From positions 11,306,184 to 11,370,183 of the forward strand of contig MU058844.1 of assembly GCA_013265495.1 (NCBI GenBank): a stretch of DNA of 64,000 nucleotides. Direction: 5' to 3'. Every line of letters begins with the position of its first letter. Positions within the stretch are counted from its first letter, which is position 1. The notes beneath the pieces were generated by a model. The model had not been told where the DNA came from, ran no database searches, and was given only the letters and a program-made list of their open reading frames with translations. This document shows positions 26,502 through 39,509 of the stretch, piece after piece. Origin of the DNA: Vicugna vicugna. Taxonomy: Eukaryota. The position numbers and the translations under genes are program-made.

Positions 26502-26789
26502 GTTCAAAGGCACAAAAGCATGAGCCAGGGATGTGTCCAAGGAACTTGGTGTAGCCCAGCTCTGAGCAAGCCTGGAGTGTGAAGTGTGTACACAAAAGGT
26601 GTGGCCAGAGAGGCAGACAAGGGCAGGTTTCCCTTTGCCCCAGTCATTCACAGGACAGGAAATCTTCCCAGTTCAGGACTTTGGAAACAAAGGACAGAAG
26701 ACCCAGCTCTGTGCAGCCTGTTAAGTCAGGTTGCCAAGGGTGAATATCTGCTCCATGTACTAGTGGGGAGACCTTGGGAAAGTGACGTA

Positions 26790-26900
26790 TTTTCTGTGCC
26801 TCAGTTTCCTCACCTATAAGAAGTATAAAATAAGAGCTGGAAAAGCACTTAGGACAGTGTCGGGCTTTTAGTAAGCACACAATCCTTGTCAGCTGTGACT
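26790..26900 (+). mobile_element. MIR fragment
   Basis: TCTGTGCCTCAGTTTCCTCACCTATAA...AAAGCACTTAGGACAGTG...AGTAAGCAC. Confidence 0.75.
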
Positions 26901-27609
26901 ACGTAGCCCCCGGTATCATCCATTCCAGAACTTCTTGCTCACCACCGACGCACCAGGCACTTAGCTAGCAGACACTGTAAGCCCAGGACTTACGAAGAAC
27001 CTGAACTGTGGCACTAAACGGCTGTCAAACAACTTTAACTGTGGCAAGCCAAGGGTCTTAAGAGAATGCCCTATAGTGACACCCATCACAGCACAAGTTG
27101 CTATTGGAAACTGACCATTAATTAGAGCTGGCCAGCTAAAATGTTTCATTTATCAAGAAAGGAATTGGAAAATTTGCAAGCAACACGGACAAAAGCACCA
27201 CACTCTTAAGGGTAGGGATTATGCCTTAACAGTTGCACACTCCTCCTGGCACAAAGTGTTTTGCCCAAAGAAGACATCAAACAAATATTTTTAAATCAGA
27301 TTTTGACCAGAATCTTGAAAACTGGTTTCAATAAACATTTGAGTGAGGTTTCAGTTATGACAGATGTAGGTCCATCTTCGTATAAATGTTAATAGCCCAC
27401 ATATGCAAACTGGTCCATTTGCCAATGGGCAAATTTATTTGCAAACTGGCCAATTCTCTTTACCCCAAAATTTAAGAAAACATTTAACATAAAAATTATT
27501 ACCATTATTACTTCGGACAACTGGTATAAAGTATTTCTACCCATAATGGGATTAACAGTCAACTACGACAGACTTCTACCTTTGCTCAATTACATTTCAT
27601 TCTCTGCAC

Positions 27610-28210
27610 AACAGCAAAGGTATATAAATTATAAATCAGATATCACCTCACTGCATGAAACCCTTTAACAACTTCCTAGTGCAATTAGAATAAAATCAAA
27701 ACTGCTTAACATGATGTTAAAGGTTAATATTGCCTTCCACCTTAGTTCATAACCATCTCCTTTGCTTTCAGTAAGTATATTCTATTAAACAGGACTTCTT
27801 CCTGACTCTGGAAGACCCCGCCAAACTCCTTCTCTTATATTTGATATAACCTTTGCCCAGGTTTCCCACAGCTAACTTCTTAAGTCCACTGAAATCTCAG
27901 CTGAAGTATCATTTTCTCAGATCATTTTCTCTCTAGCTGTGCTATCAAAATGTTTCTTTGTCCAGTCTATTTTCTAATCCATGACTGCAGGGTTTTTTTT
28001 ATTTTTTAAAGCACTTTTAATTTTTTTAATTTTTATTTTGTACTTATATGTTATTCTTTAGCTTATCCTAGAATGTAAGCTCTAGTAATGAGGGAATTTT
28101 TTTTGTTTTTTTTTTGGATTCACCACTGTATCTCAATCACTTAAAATGTCATGGCCACCTAAGAGGAACTTACCATGGTAAGTATTTGCCTGAATAATTG
28201 ATTGAATGGT
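27610..28210 (+). mobile_element. L2 LINE 3' region
   Basis: TCAGATATCACCTCACTGC...AGAATAAAATCAAAACT...TAGAATGTAAGCTC...TGAATAATTGATTGAATG, the typical L2 3' end. Confidence 0.75.
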
Positions 28211-29532
28211 TAAAGAAATACCACTGGACCTTATTTTTAGCTTTCCTGTTCTTTCCATTATTGTTTATGGTGGTTTTTAGAAGTATAAGTAATTACTCAT
28301 TTGATGTTCTAATTGATTTCTGCCAAAGAGAGTTAATATTCAATCTGGTTTAAAAGCTTTTTGTGTTTTCTCTTCTGTGGGCAGAAAAAATTAGCTTATT
28401 CTCTAAAATGCACACCCAGAAAACAACTCAATTCTTACAGAAGAACTGAAACAAATTTGAGAGCTCCAAGAACTACTTCACTATGGAATGTTAGAAACTA
28501 CAGTTATAAACAAATCAACGTAGTAGGCAGAAACCATTCATTCACGCTCCATTCTGACCAGGTCTCATCAATGCTGTGAAGCCTCCCCACAGCCCCTCCG
28601 TTCTTCTCAGTGAAATAAATCACTCATAAATCACGTTTCTATATCTACATTCTGTACCTACCTTTGCTAGAGTACAGAACTGCATTTAACCATTCAGGTA
28701 TCTGTCTCTTCTGCTAGGATAATAAATCCTTTGGGACAGGGATCATACTCTGACTAGCCCTAGTGCCTGCTACCTAGTAGAAATCCGATTTTTAATTTAA
28801 TGCATTAGTCAATCATCCTTCAAAAATGAAATGCATCTTTAAACTTTCACAATCCAAGGACCTTTAGAGTCCTTAGAGACCTGGAGATATGCTACTATCA
28901 TACTAATACTTGTAGGAAAAAAAAGGATAAAATTGGATTCTGAAAGTAGGAAGTCCTGTGTATAATCCATTCCCACACCTTGCCAGCAGGGTGGTTGTGA
29001 GCATGTTATATCACCCATCTAAGACTCGGTGTCATCACCTCTATGGTGGGGATTATAAATATTCATAAAGGACAGTGGGATTCAGTAAGACAAGCACCTG
29101 TGCAGTGTTTACCACGGTGCTCAACACACAGTCATCACTGAACAACGATAGCCATTCTAGAGGCGGAGAAGGGGCTTGTATTTGAAGTGAGGGGCATGAA
29201 CACAGAGACGGCATCATTCTCTTCACTTCCTGTAAGAGAGATGTGGAGCTAAAACTTTTGAGATGGATGGAGGAGGAGTCTTCCTCTCTATCATAAGAGC
29301 TGATTTCATGGTCACCGAGGCTTAAAGTAATCCACAAAAGGCAAGAATTTTTTCTTCCATTATGTTATTGGGCCACTGAAAATTTTAACTTTGGCCAGAC
29401 TGACTAGCAAGCACATAGACTATCCATACTGAATTTGATTTTTTTTTAAAACTCAAGAAATGTTCAATTGAGCTTTAAAATGCATATATATCCATCACTA
29501 GTCTGTGCACATTATCAGCTGTTGCCCCCAAA

Positions 29533-29815
29533 CAGGAGTCAGTAACCCACAACTCAGCTCCTGGATTTTATGCACCCAGTGAGCTAAGAATAGTTTGCAC
29601 ATTTTTGAATGACTAAAAAAAAAAGTTAAAAGAGAGGATATTTCATGATACTTGAAGAATTACGTAAAATACAAGTTTCAATGTCCATCAATAACGTTCT
29701 ATGGGAACACAGCCTCTGCAGCACAGTTTTGATAGAGCTGAGTAATTGTGGCAGACTCTACCCAGCAAAGCCTAATCACTATCTGGCCCTCTATGGAGAC
29801 GGCTTGCCCCTCCTT
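29533..29815. mobile_element. MER58B-like hAT-Charlie MITE
   Basis: CAGGAGTCAGTAA...GAGCTAAGAATAGTTT...GGAACACAGCC...GCAAAGCCTAA..ACTATCTGGCCCT. Confidence 0.8.
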
Positions 29816-29821
29816 ACTCAA

Positions 29822-30008
29822 AAGCAAATAGAAAAACAACAAGTTCCTGCTGTAGAGCACAGGGAACTGTCTTCAATAGCTTGTAAGAACCTATAATGAA
29901 GAACGAATACAGAAAATAATATATACGCATGTATGTATAACTGATCACTATGTTGCACATCAGAAACTGACACAACATTGTAAGTCAACTCTACTTCAAT
30001 TGAAAAGA
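29822..30008 (+). mobile_element. Short lineage-specific L1 3' terminus
   Basis: AACAACAAGTTCCTGCTGTAGAGCACAGGGAACT...GAAACTGACACAACATTGTAAGTCAACTCTACTTCAAT, homologous to 9660-9765. Confidence 0.85.
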
Positions 30009-31764
30009 GGATCACCTTTGTGTTGATCTACTTTGGATAAGTCTGGCTCTCTCTGAAACTTCCCCACCGGCTCCACCCCACACCCACCCCTCCCAAGGGT
30101 GGGGTCACTTCGTGTTGCTCATATAGACCTCACACAGGAAGAAGACTTCACTGGCTCAGCTCACATGTCTCATGCTCCAAAATAATGTCATGTTTTAGGC
30201 ACCAAATCGAACACTCTCCTAATTTACTGTACTTGCAACAAGGCTTTAGAATCACTACAACTGACTTTGAAGCTGAGGACAGTCTCTTCATTGTTAATTT
30301 AACGAATCCAACCTGACTTTTCAAGAAAACGGGCTGTTGTGAAATAGCGTGAAGGAGCACCTCATGCTTGTCCCAGATAGTGATCTGTTCCTCTACTTGA
30401 TATGCATCTTGAAATGAAGTAAATTTGCTTTTTAGCTTTGCTAAAAAGAAAAAAAAAAGAGAGAGAGAGAGAGATGGATTTGTTCTCAGGCTTCATGAAA
30501 CACTGGAATGAGTAAGTTACTGTTTCATTTATTTGATGATAAACTTCGGGGAGAATAAAAATGTGACACTCAGAGAGAAAATTAGCATGTCACTTACTGT
30601 ACCACAAAGTCCTCCTGAGACATGCCTGTGCCTTTTGTATTTTGTGTGGATGTAATTCTTTGACTTCCTCACCTCCATTTTCAGTGCCCAACACAAATGT
30701 GAAAACGTGCAAGTTCTTATCCACAAACACACCCTTCCATTTCTCATTTTCCAAGTAAATCAACAAATGTGAACAGATGACAGAGCCGGTGAATTGCTAC
30801 ACAATACCATTGGCCTCAATTAACATCTCCTCCGGGCAATCCATCTGAAATGAGTTCCCTCTGTCTCCAGTGAACATCCTAAGGAAAACAAGGTGTAAAC
30901 TGATGAAGGGGAGAGGAATCTTGCAGACTGAGCTGGTAAGAATAACATCCAAATAGCCATCTTCTTCTCTCTTATTCATCTCTTAAAAAGAGAAACAGAG
31001 TCCTTAAAATATTTCTCATTTGTTTTGAGGTGATCACTGTTTAGGTGGATTGGAAACTGCTCTGTGACAGTTTGTCAACCTTGAACACTGCATTCTGCAT
31101 AAGGATTGAAGTACCACCTCTGAACAGACTTTGCACCCTTTCGAGATGAAAACAATTAAAATCCTCTTTCAGGCATTAAAAGAAAGATTGAAGTCCTAAA
31201 TGACAAATCCACCGAATACACACATACACACAGGAGACAGAGGCATTTACATATGCATGTCTAATTGGAGAACGCTAGGTATTTGCAAACCAGTCCCATG
31301 AATTTAGAACAATCATCTGAGTTAGAGAGAAATGTAAAAATCAGAACACTGCAAGTGAGTTTCTCCATAGAGTGCTCACTCGTCTTTAAGAGAAATAGTA
31401 TTTAGATACTGTTTTCCTCAGACTTAGAGCCAGGAGGAAAAAAGCATTTTACAATTTCCAAGCTGAAAAGAAGAGCTACAGTCTAGAGATGTATCAGCTG
31501 ATAAAAGTAATGCTGACCAGGAAGCTTTTATTTTCAAAATCTTTTATCAAGCTATATTCTATTATAGAATATGGCGGCTTTTTAAATTGGATTTCCCTCA
31601 AGCTGCAAAAGTAAGCTTGGTGTTCTGCTCTCTCCTTTGAGGGAGCCACAGGGCTATTAACCCTCTGCCTCAGGAAACACAGACAGTATCCCAAAGCTGA
31701 GTTCTAAGGGGAGGTGCCATCTGCAAACCCACAGAGAGCCTGGCAGAGCGTGTGTCCCTTATCC

Positions 31765-32310
31765 TATGTGTACTGAGCCTTACTAGGTGCTGTGACTATA
31801 TCTGCAAACAAAAACTCCAAAAATCTCTACCACTGAGGAGCTTAACTTCTAGTGGAGGAATCCAGATAACAGACAATACACATATCAAATAACTAAATAA
31901 CACAGTATATTAAAGATCATCAGTGCAATGGGAAAAAATAAAGCAAGGTAAAAGGATTTGTGGTGGGGGGTTATAATTTTCAAAAAAGTGATGAACAATG
32001 TAGGACTCTTTGAGAAGGGAACAGATGAGTATCTGTGGGGTTAATATCCTGGAGAAGAATGATTCAGGCAGAGGGAACAGCCAATACAACAGCCCTGAGG
32101 TTGAAATTTGCTCACTATGTTTGAAAAATGTCAAGGAAGCCAGTGGGGATGGAGGTATAGATGTAGACTGAGCGGGGGTAAAAGTAACAGGCAATGTGCG
32201 AATTAAAGAAGGGGGCAGATTATGAAAAAAAAAAAATAAGGACCCACCAGTAGATTCTGAGTAGAGGCATACTGTGATGGAGTCATAGAGCACACCGTGC
32301 TGAGATGGTA
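31765..32310 (-). mobile_element. L2 LINE fragment
   Basis: TACTGAGCCTTACTAGGTGCTG...GAGCTTAACTTCTAGTGG...CAGGCAGAGGGAACAGC...GTCAAGGAAGCCAGTG. Confidence 0.8.
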
Positions 32311-33063
32311 TTAGCATTTTAGAAGCTGAAATTTATTCTCATACACGAAGTATGACTTGTCTCATGTGAGATGGGGCATTATGAAGACAGTAGGGCTAAA
32401 ATTGCTTGTTTAAAACACAGGAGAACTGTCTAGTTCCAGGTCTGCTGTCTGATAAGCGAATCATTTAATCTCTCTATGCCTCCAAGAGGTTATAAAGGAT
32501 AATGTTACGTGCCACGTGTAGCTCTCAAGAATGGCTTCAAGAACTGGGGAGATGATGAAAGAAAGATAAAGTGTCAGATCAATATGCGGCGTCTTACAGG
32601 TTAAAGAGTCGATGATGAGGTTATGGACATTCTGGTTATTCCAACAATTATATTTCTTTCTATCAGGAGCCAGAATGTCTAGGCTGAGGCTGGAAAGTCA
32701 ACTCTTCAGAAGGCCATTATAGCTGTGAAAATGATAGGATATAAAGATGTGTACGAGTTTTACAGTGATAATGTAGTGGAGGTGCTAACAGGAGGCTCCT
32801 ATGATACATATCAGATGTCTATCAGATGGAAAACTCAGGGGTGGAATGTACAATGTGGGAGAAGCTCAATCCCACATCATGCATGTCACCGATCAAGCAG
32901 TGACAATGCTAGCTCCTGGGAAAGCTGAGAAAGATTAAGATCTGCCATCATGAAAATGCGGGTTTGTCTTTTTCCACCCCTGCTTAGGCAGGAAAACAGA
33001 TTTGTTAGCTGAAAAAGTACATGGAATCAGATTTTTTTTTTTAATGTCAAAAACGAGAGTGAA

Positions 33064-33197
33064 GGGGGAGGGCATAGCTCAGTGGTAGCGCACGTACCTA
33101 GCATTCAATCCCCAGGACTTCCATGAATAAATTAAACAAATAAGTAAACCTAATTACCCTCTCCTGTGCAAAAAAAAAAAAAAAAAAAAAAGAGAGA
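33064..33197 (+). mobile_element. tRNA-derived camelid-type SINE (vic-1-like) with internal deletion, poly(A) and TSD
   Basis: GGGGGAGGGCATAGCTCAGTGGTAG contains the A-box. The B-box is disrupted (GCATTCAATCC). It ends AAACCTAATTACC...A-run, and GAGAGTGAA is repeated at 33055-33063 and 33198-33206. Confidence 0.85.
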
Positions 33198-33729
33198 GAG
33201 AGTGAAATGTTTTCTAAGATTAAAACTACCCAGAAAAAATAGACCAGTATGCATTAATGAAAATGGTAGAATAATGTAGATGGACTAAAAACAGACTCTC
33301 TCATAAAATAAGAATCTTTTGTATAATCAACATCCTGCAGCTCCTATTACATAGAATACAATCATGGAAGACAGGTTTGCTCCATTAAGGCACTTTCTCT
33401 GGGAAGCCTATTTTTAACTTTTTAACAAAATCAAATAACTATCTGTAAAAAATTACCCTCCCAATATAGGAATAAAATGAACAGGTTTATCAAATACCAA
33501 AGGGCTCTGATGCGATAGGGACATAAAACAGAAAAGTTCTGATGCTAGAGGATAAAGACTGAGGCAGTGTTTCCCAAAGTGGCGTGGTGATAATCCTTAG
33601 TGAAAGGAGGATAGAGGTCTGTAGTCATGAAGAGTTGGGTCATATCATGCTTCAAAAAAGGGCAAACTAGATAACAGGGTACAATGGTAGCACATTTAGG
33701 AGGGATATAGGAACAGCCAGAAATATCTT

Positions 33730-33875
33730 GTCCAACACAGGGAATCAAGCCAACATTTTGTAATAACTAGAAATGGAATATAACCTTGAACAACTGTGAC
33801 TCACTATGTTGTAGACCTGAAACTTACATTATATTATATATAAGCTATACCTAAACAAAAGAAAAAGAAAAGAAA
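33730..33875 (+). mobile_element. L1 3' terminus (cetartiodactyl-type)
   Basis: CAACACAGGGAAT...AATGGAATATAACCTT...TCACTATGTTGTAGACCTGAAACT...AGCTATACC plus an A-rich tail. Confidence 0.8.
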
Positions 33876-34614
33876 TCCAGTGAAAGCATCAATTCAAAAC
33901 AGCAGAAAGCAAAGGGACATGGGATCTCAGAGAGAATGTTCCTTATAGTTTTGCTGAAGACACATCTGTCATCTTTATGAAAAAAAAAATTTTGTGTTCC
34001 TATTTATTTGTAGAGCATCCAGTTTCTTCTTTTGCAGCCGTGTAAGCTGAGACTCTAAGAGGTTAAGTGATTTATCTCAGGCCATAGACACAAAATTGGG
34101 TCTTAAATTCAGGTGTTCAATCAAAATAATATTCCTTAACGTCTAAACTTCTAAATATCACAAAAATAACAAAAGATTCTTACAATAAACTGATAGGACT
34201 CCCCTCCTATTTGGCAGATTATTTCTAATGGCTTTTGTCATGGGAGCTGAATTTTTCTTCTTCGGGAGACAATCTCCTAGTTTCTAAGCAAAAAAGTCTT
34301 TGTGCCTGCCAAGTGTTCCATACATACAGCTGGGCTGAATATTTGATCTATGTCTTACTTTTTTTCATTTTCTTTTATCATTTCATCATCAATAAATTTT
34401 TATCAGACTTTACAGGCCTGAGACAATTATAAAGCTGATGTTAGAAAGATACTATGGCAATAAAGAGCATAAGGCATAGCTGGGTGATAAATTTAGATCT
34501 GATGTGAGAAATGAAGTATGAGACAATGATGCAAAGTCAACAATCTCAACAAGGCTGGGAAACAAATGTGATGCACAGAGAGGGACATACACAGACACAC
34601 AGATGACCAAGGAA

Positions 34615-34805
34615 AACCTATGACAGTGGAAGAAGTTCTGCAATCTAGTTACCAGTAATATACCAATGTCAATTTCCCAGTTTTGATACTGTGCTCCAGT
34701 TACACAAGATGCCACCATTGAGGAAAGCAGGGTGAAGGACAGACTCTATGCAGTACTTTTGCAACTTCCTGTCAGTCTACAATTCTTGTTCAATAAAAAG
34801 TTAAA
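34615..34805 (+). mobile_element. L1MC4/L1ME-like 3' end
   Basis: CCAATGTCAATTTCCCAGTTTTGATA...TTTTGCAACTTCCTGT...AATAAAAAGTTAAA. Confidence 0.75.
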
Positions 34806-35958
34806 TGCAAAGCATAATTCAGAGGAGGGATTTATAGGCCTCCTCAGAAGGCCAAGAAAGTACATGGCTTTTCGGTACAAGGTTAAGAACCCCTGGCCTA
34901 ATCCTTCTTGTTAAACACAAGAAAAGGACAAGCCCCAGGACAGGCCTGGGCATCCTCTATGGAGCTCCTCCCAGTGGACAAGATTCAAACAGATCAAATC
35001 TTTGCGAACCTTTCCTTATCTGTACAACGATTCACTCACAACCCTCCCCTCGCCCTCTTTGGTCCAGAAGGGCAGGGAACTTTTGCAGTGCTTTTGCTGA
35101 ATGCCTATACACAATCTTCATGGATCTCTCCCATGCCTAGCCTCCCTAACTTACTAAGGAGCTAAAAATAGATCAAGTCAGCAAGAGATACTTACACAAG
35201 TTAAAAAGAGAAAAAGAATGTGATTAGTAAAGCAGCTGGTTGATCCCCTTTTGCCTTTCTACCTGTTTAATTTATTCGTTTTTTTCTAAAGACAGAATCA
35301 AGAGCATGGTTTGCTATAAAAATGTAGGAAGTATCTTTCTCCTTCATTTTATGAAAAAAAGTAAGCATTATATTAAGATATGTGAAGAGGTCACATATTT
35401 TCCTCATTAATATATATCAAATATTTAAACAATTAAATGCTAAATCTCTAACAAATTACCTTTAATAATTAAGTCTATTACTAAGGTAATGTGATCTGAA
35501 GAATGTAACTTAAAAAAATTTTTTTTGCAAAAAATCAAATGTCAAGCATATAAAATAATGTTTGGAGTATCTATGCATATCAAAAAATGAAACTCTGGAC
35601 AGACAGACTGTTTACTCGAGAAGGGGTTGCAAAAGAACCTAAATTTCTTCAAATAACCTTTGCTGAAAATCCCACAAAGAGTATAACTTTGTACTCCAAA
35701 CATGAAAGGGAACTTTTAGAATTGAAGCTGAGTCTACTTAATTTCTGAAAGAAAGAGAACAAATTTCAATATCGCTATAATGAAATCATTCTACTCAAAC
35801 ACATTCATATCTTTTGGCGTAAATGTGGAATGTACTTTGAAAAGCTTCCTAGAGTCTTTTTTTTTTTTCTAATTAAAATTAAGTCTGAATCCAGAGTACA
35901 TACATTAAGCTCAGAAATCATCCAGGCTGGTTACTCCAACAACACTCTCAACGGAAAT

Positions 35959-36432
35959 TGTACTGGTTTGCTTGGGCTGCCATACATAACAAATTACCAC
36001 CAGCCACGTAACATAAATACATCAGAAATTTATTCTCTCATAGTTCTGGGGGCCAGAAGTTTGAAACCAAGTTGGTTCCTTCTAAGGCTCTGAGGAAAAA
36101 CTCATCCCTTGCCTCTCTCCTCCATTCTGGTGGCTGTCAGTTGTCCCTGGTGCTTCTTAGTTTAGGGCTACGTAAATCCAATCTCTGCCTCCACATTTTG
36201 CTTTCTCCTTTCATATCTCTGTGTCTCCAATCTCCCTCTATCTTCTCTACAAGGACACCTGTCATTGTATATATATAGCCCAGTCCAAATCCAGAGATGA
36301 TTTCATCTCAAAATCCTCAACTTAATTACATCTATAAAGACCCTTTTCCAAATAAGGTTACATTCATAAATTCCAAGGATTATGATTTGGATGTAGATTT
36401 TTTTTTTTTGGAGGCCCTAGTCAACCCATACA
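35959..36432 (-). mobile_element. MLT1 (ERVL-MaLR) solo LTR
   Basis: TG...CA termini, the motif CAGAAATTTATTCTCTCATAGTTCTGG, and a 5-bp degenerate TSD GAAAT/GCAAT. Confidence 0.88.
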
Positions 36433-38057
36433 GCAATGATCTATTTTAATAGTAAACAAACAAACAAACAAACAAAAATTGGTGACCTCTGCACAATCAC
36501 AAATAATATGGGCTTAAGGTTTGGTCATATGTTAACAGTAGTATCACCCTGCACATGTGGAGGTCTTCTTCATAGTTTGAAAAGGATTTTCACATTCACT
36601 TCCTCTTCAATATTTATAAGAACTATTAAGGATGGTTTTATCCTTATTCTCATTTTACAGATAGCAAAGCTGATGATAAGAACAATTCACGATTTACCAA
36701 AGTCAAAGCAAAAGAGGATGGTAAGACATGTCAGAATTTAACTCAACCTTTGAACCCCAGTTGCCTGATTCCAAAACAAATGCTCTAACCTATGAGAACT
36801 TTTCTATTTGGCAACTGATACAAAGCCAGGACATAAAAAGAAGCTGGTGTCTTGACAAATCCAATTATGATCAGATAAGTGTCACCGGTAATAGGGCTGG
36901 AGCAAAATACAGACAAAAATCATTCAGACCATTTTTTGCAATAACCGGATAACATCATGAAAAGAAATTATGATTCACATCTACACAATTTCTGACAAAG
37001 CCTCAGTAAAAGGCTCATTTTGTTATTTTCTTGTTTTCCTTTTTTAATGTTAATGTATACATAACAGAGGAAATGGCGAACGTCTGGATAATTTAGTTCA
37101 AAAAGCCCTGAATTACCCTCTGCAGGGAAAAGCAATTCTGTTCACCTCTGTATTTCTACCTCTCTCTCACACTTTGCTGCAGGATTCCTCCCTTACCTCC
37201 TGGACAAAGCTGATTCTATATTTACCATGTGAGGTTCCGAAAAGAACCACACGTAACATGTTTTTGACACCTTACAAGATTGTGAGAGATGTCAGCAGGA
37301 TAAGATTTCGGTTCTTTGACATTTTTGGAAATTCTGCACTTTCCATTGCAATCGAAATAATGGTCCTGGTGCCTCGCGTTATGTAAGGAGTTTTAATGGT
37401 CAGGAACCTAGAATATCTGATGTCATGAAGTGTGCCTTTTATCTCCTTAGAAATAGTGCCTCACCATCTTTGACTGTCTCTAAAGTCCTATGAATCTGAA
37501 CTGCTCAAATCTTAAATTTGGACCTCTCTGGATTAGAACATTCCAAATGATAGAATGAAGCTATCTAAACCTGAATTCATCTTGCACACAGCAGGCTGAC
37601 TGATGAAAACACAGGAAGTGTCTATTAAGTTCTGGTCGAGAAGCACTCTACAATGAAGGGAGCTCACTGGAGTTGATTTCTGCAGTCAGCTACATTAATC
37701 ACTAGGTTCTTGGCTGTTCTGTTCTACATGCTTACTGCCTAATATGTAAAAAAGGCTAGGTAAATCTCACCAGTTCCCTGACAAGTAGCTATAGTTTTTT
37801 TTTTATTCTTTATTACAGAATAAAAATCCCACTGAGAAATGGATTTTTTTTTTGATCACTCAGTGTCAAGCAAGTCAGGAAGTATTATTTCATAATGTAC
37901 CTTTCACTGCTTAAACATTAAAAATGATGAGGTGCAAAGCAATATGGAACAGACTGTATGCAATGGATAAAGTCAGAAACTTAAAAGGATGTGAGGAGAG
38001 AAGGAGCCTCAGCAGCAGTGAGGAATTTTCCTCCCTTCCTTTCTGTTTCTTTTCCTC

Positions 38058-38542
38058 GGTGGAGGAGGAAAAATAACTTTTCCTCTAGCAATCGAAATTC
38101 TTGACTGAGACCCCTCATAATTAAAAAGACATATTCCCAGGAGAAAAACCAACAGAAATTTAATTACATATATGCCTCCTGTTTATAAGGGAAAGACCAA
38201 GGAAACCTGAGTAACTCCACAGTGGCCCAAATCACCTCCTTAAATACCATCTTCTAATGACAAAAGAAAGATGCTGGAGGAGAAGAGGTGGGAGAAGGTC
38301 TGTCAATGGGAGGTTATCAGGCAAGAGCACTGAACAAGGGTATGATTGTTATGCAGATTTAAGTCCATGAGAAGAGTTCCTAGAGACAGCCCTCCTTCTC
38401 TCCCTGGTGCAGAGAGACACCCTTACAAAGGGAGATTTCTCTTATAAATGTGAATGTCCCTTACCAAATCTGCTGTTTTTACAAAATACCTTGCTGAAAA
38501 GAATCCTCATACTAAAGAGGTGACAAATTCTACTTCCCCTCA
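38058..38542 (-). mobile_element. ERV1-class (MER34/MER39-like) solo LTR
   Basis: 485 bp flanked by CCTC at 38054-57 and 38543-46. It ends in CA, and the starting TG appears mutated to GG. The reverse-complement terminus resembles that of the LTR at 39711-40217. Confidence 0.75.
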
Positions 38543-38668
38543 CCTCCTTCCCTTTCTCCCACTTCTCTCCCTTCCATCCTTCTTTCCTTTCTTCCTTTCC
38601 TTCTTTCATCTCTTCCTTCCTTCCATTTCCTTCCTTCTTCTTTCATTCATTCTTTCTTTCTGTCTTTC
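38543..38668. repeat. CT-rich low-complexity tract
   Basis: Degenerate (CTTC)n/(CTTT)n polypyrimidine run. Confidence 0.9.
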
Positions 38669-39509
38669 CAAGTAATGGAGACACCATGATTTACTCTAAA
38701 AGTCTGGCTCTAGCCATGAGACATATGGAAATAAACTCAGATGATTCATATTCAATTGGATAACCCTTAATAGTTGTAAAGGACGTTACGATAATGTGAC
38801 ACTATTTTCGTTATCTTATGCATTCATTCAGTAACATCTATGATTACTTACTGTGTGTCAAACAGAGAGTTCGACACTAGGGATTCAACAATGAACAAGA
38901 TATTTGGGGATCAGGACAAAGCAAGAGATGCAAACGGGTCGTGAGTCAACAACAAGTACATGTTGTCCAACCCTAGATACTTACTCCCCTGCCCTAGTGG
39001 GAAAAAAAAGATATTTGGGGAGTTCAGACCTTATAGGGAACCCAGATAATAAAGAAGGAAGATGACAAATTTTAAAAAAACTGATCCCATTCTGATTAGA
39101 GACCTGAAAGAACAGTTTGCTATTACAGAGAAAAACAGGCTAAAGTAGAAAGACCAAAGTTCTATACTATAGTCAAACACATACAGAATGCAATTTTATG
39201 CTCTGTAGCGTAAGAGAATAATGAGTCCAGGATAATGAGATATTCTAGTCGATGAAACAATTCTTTGAATGTCAGACAACATCAGTATCACTTGCCTAAA
39301 GGGATATAAAACCTCATTCTGGCAAAAGAAGGTTGGGTATTATTTAGATGCAAAGTGCTGGCTATTCACTGTACGTGATACAAAGCTGAGTAAGCCCTAG
39401 GCTCTTTCATTTGTGAATTTGTAATTTAGAAAAGAACTCAAACACAAATAATACATTGCAAAAAACTTGACTATGGTAAATATGGTATGATCAATTTAAA
39501 AAGGCTACC

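Noticed and set aside
33064..33120. tRNA-like sequence (TAGCTCAGTGGTAG)
   Set aside because: There is no complete cloverleaf. The A tail and TSD identify it as a SINE.
37822..37853. Hairpin (AAAAATCC...GGATTTTT) followed by a T run
   Set aside because: The stem is low-complexity, and intrinsic terminators are not relevant in mammalian intergenic DNA.
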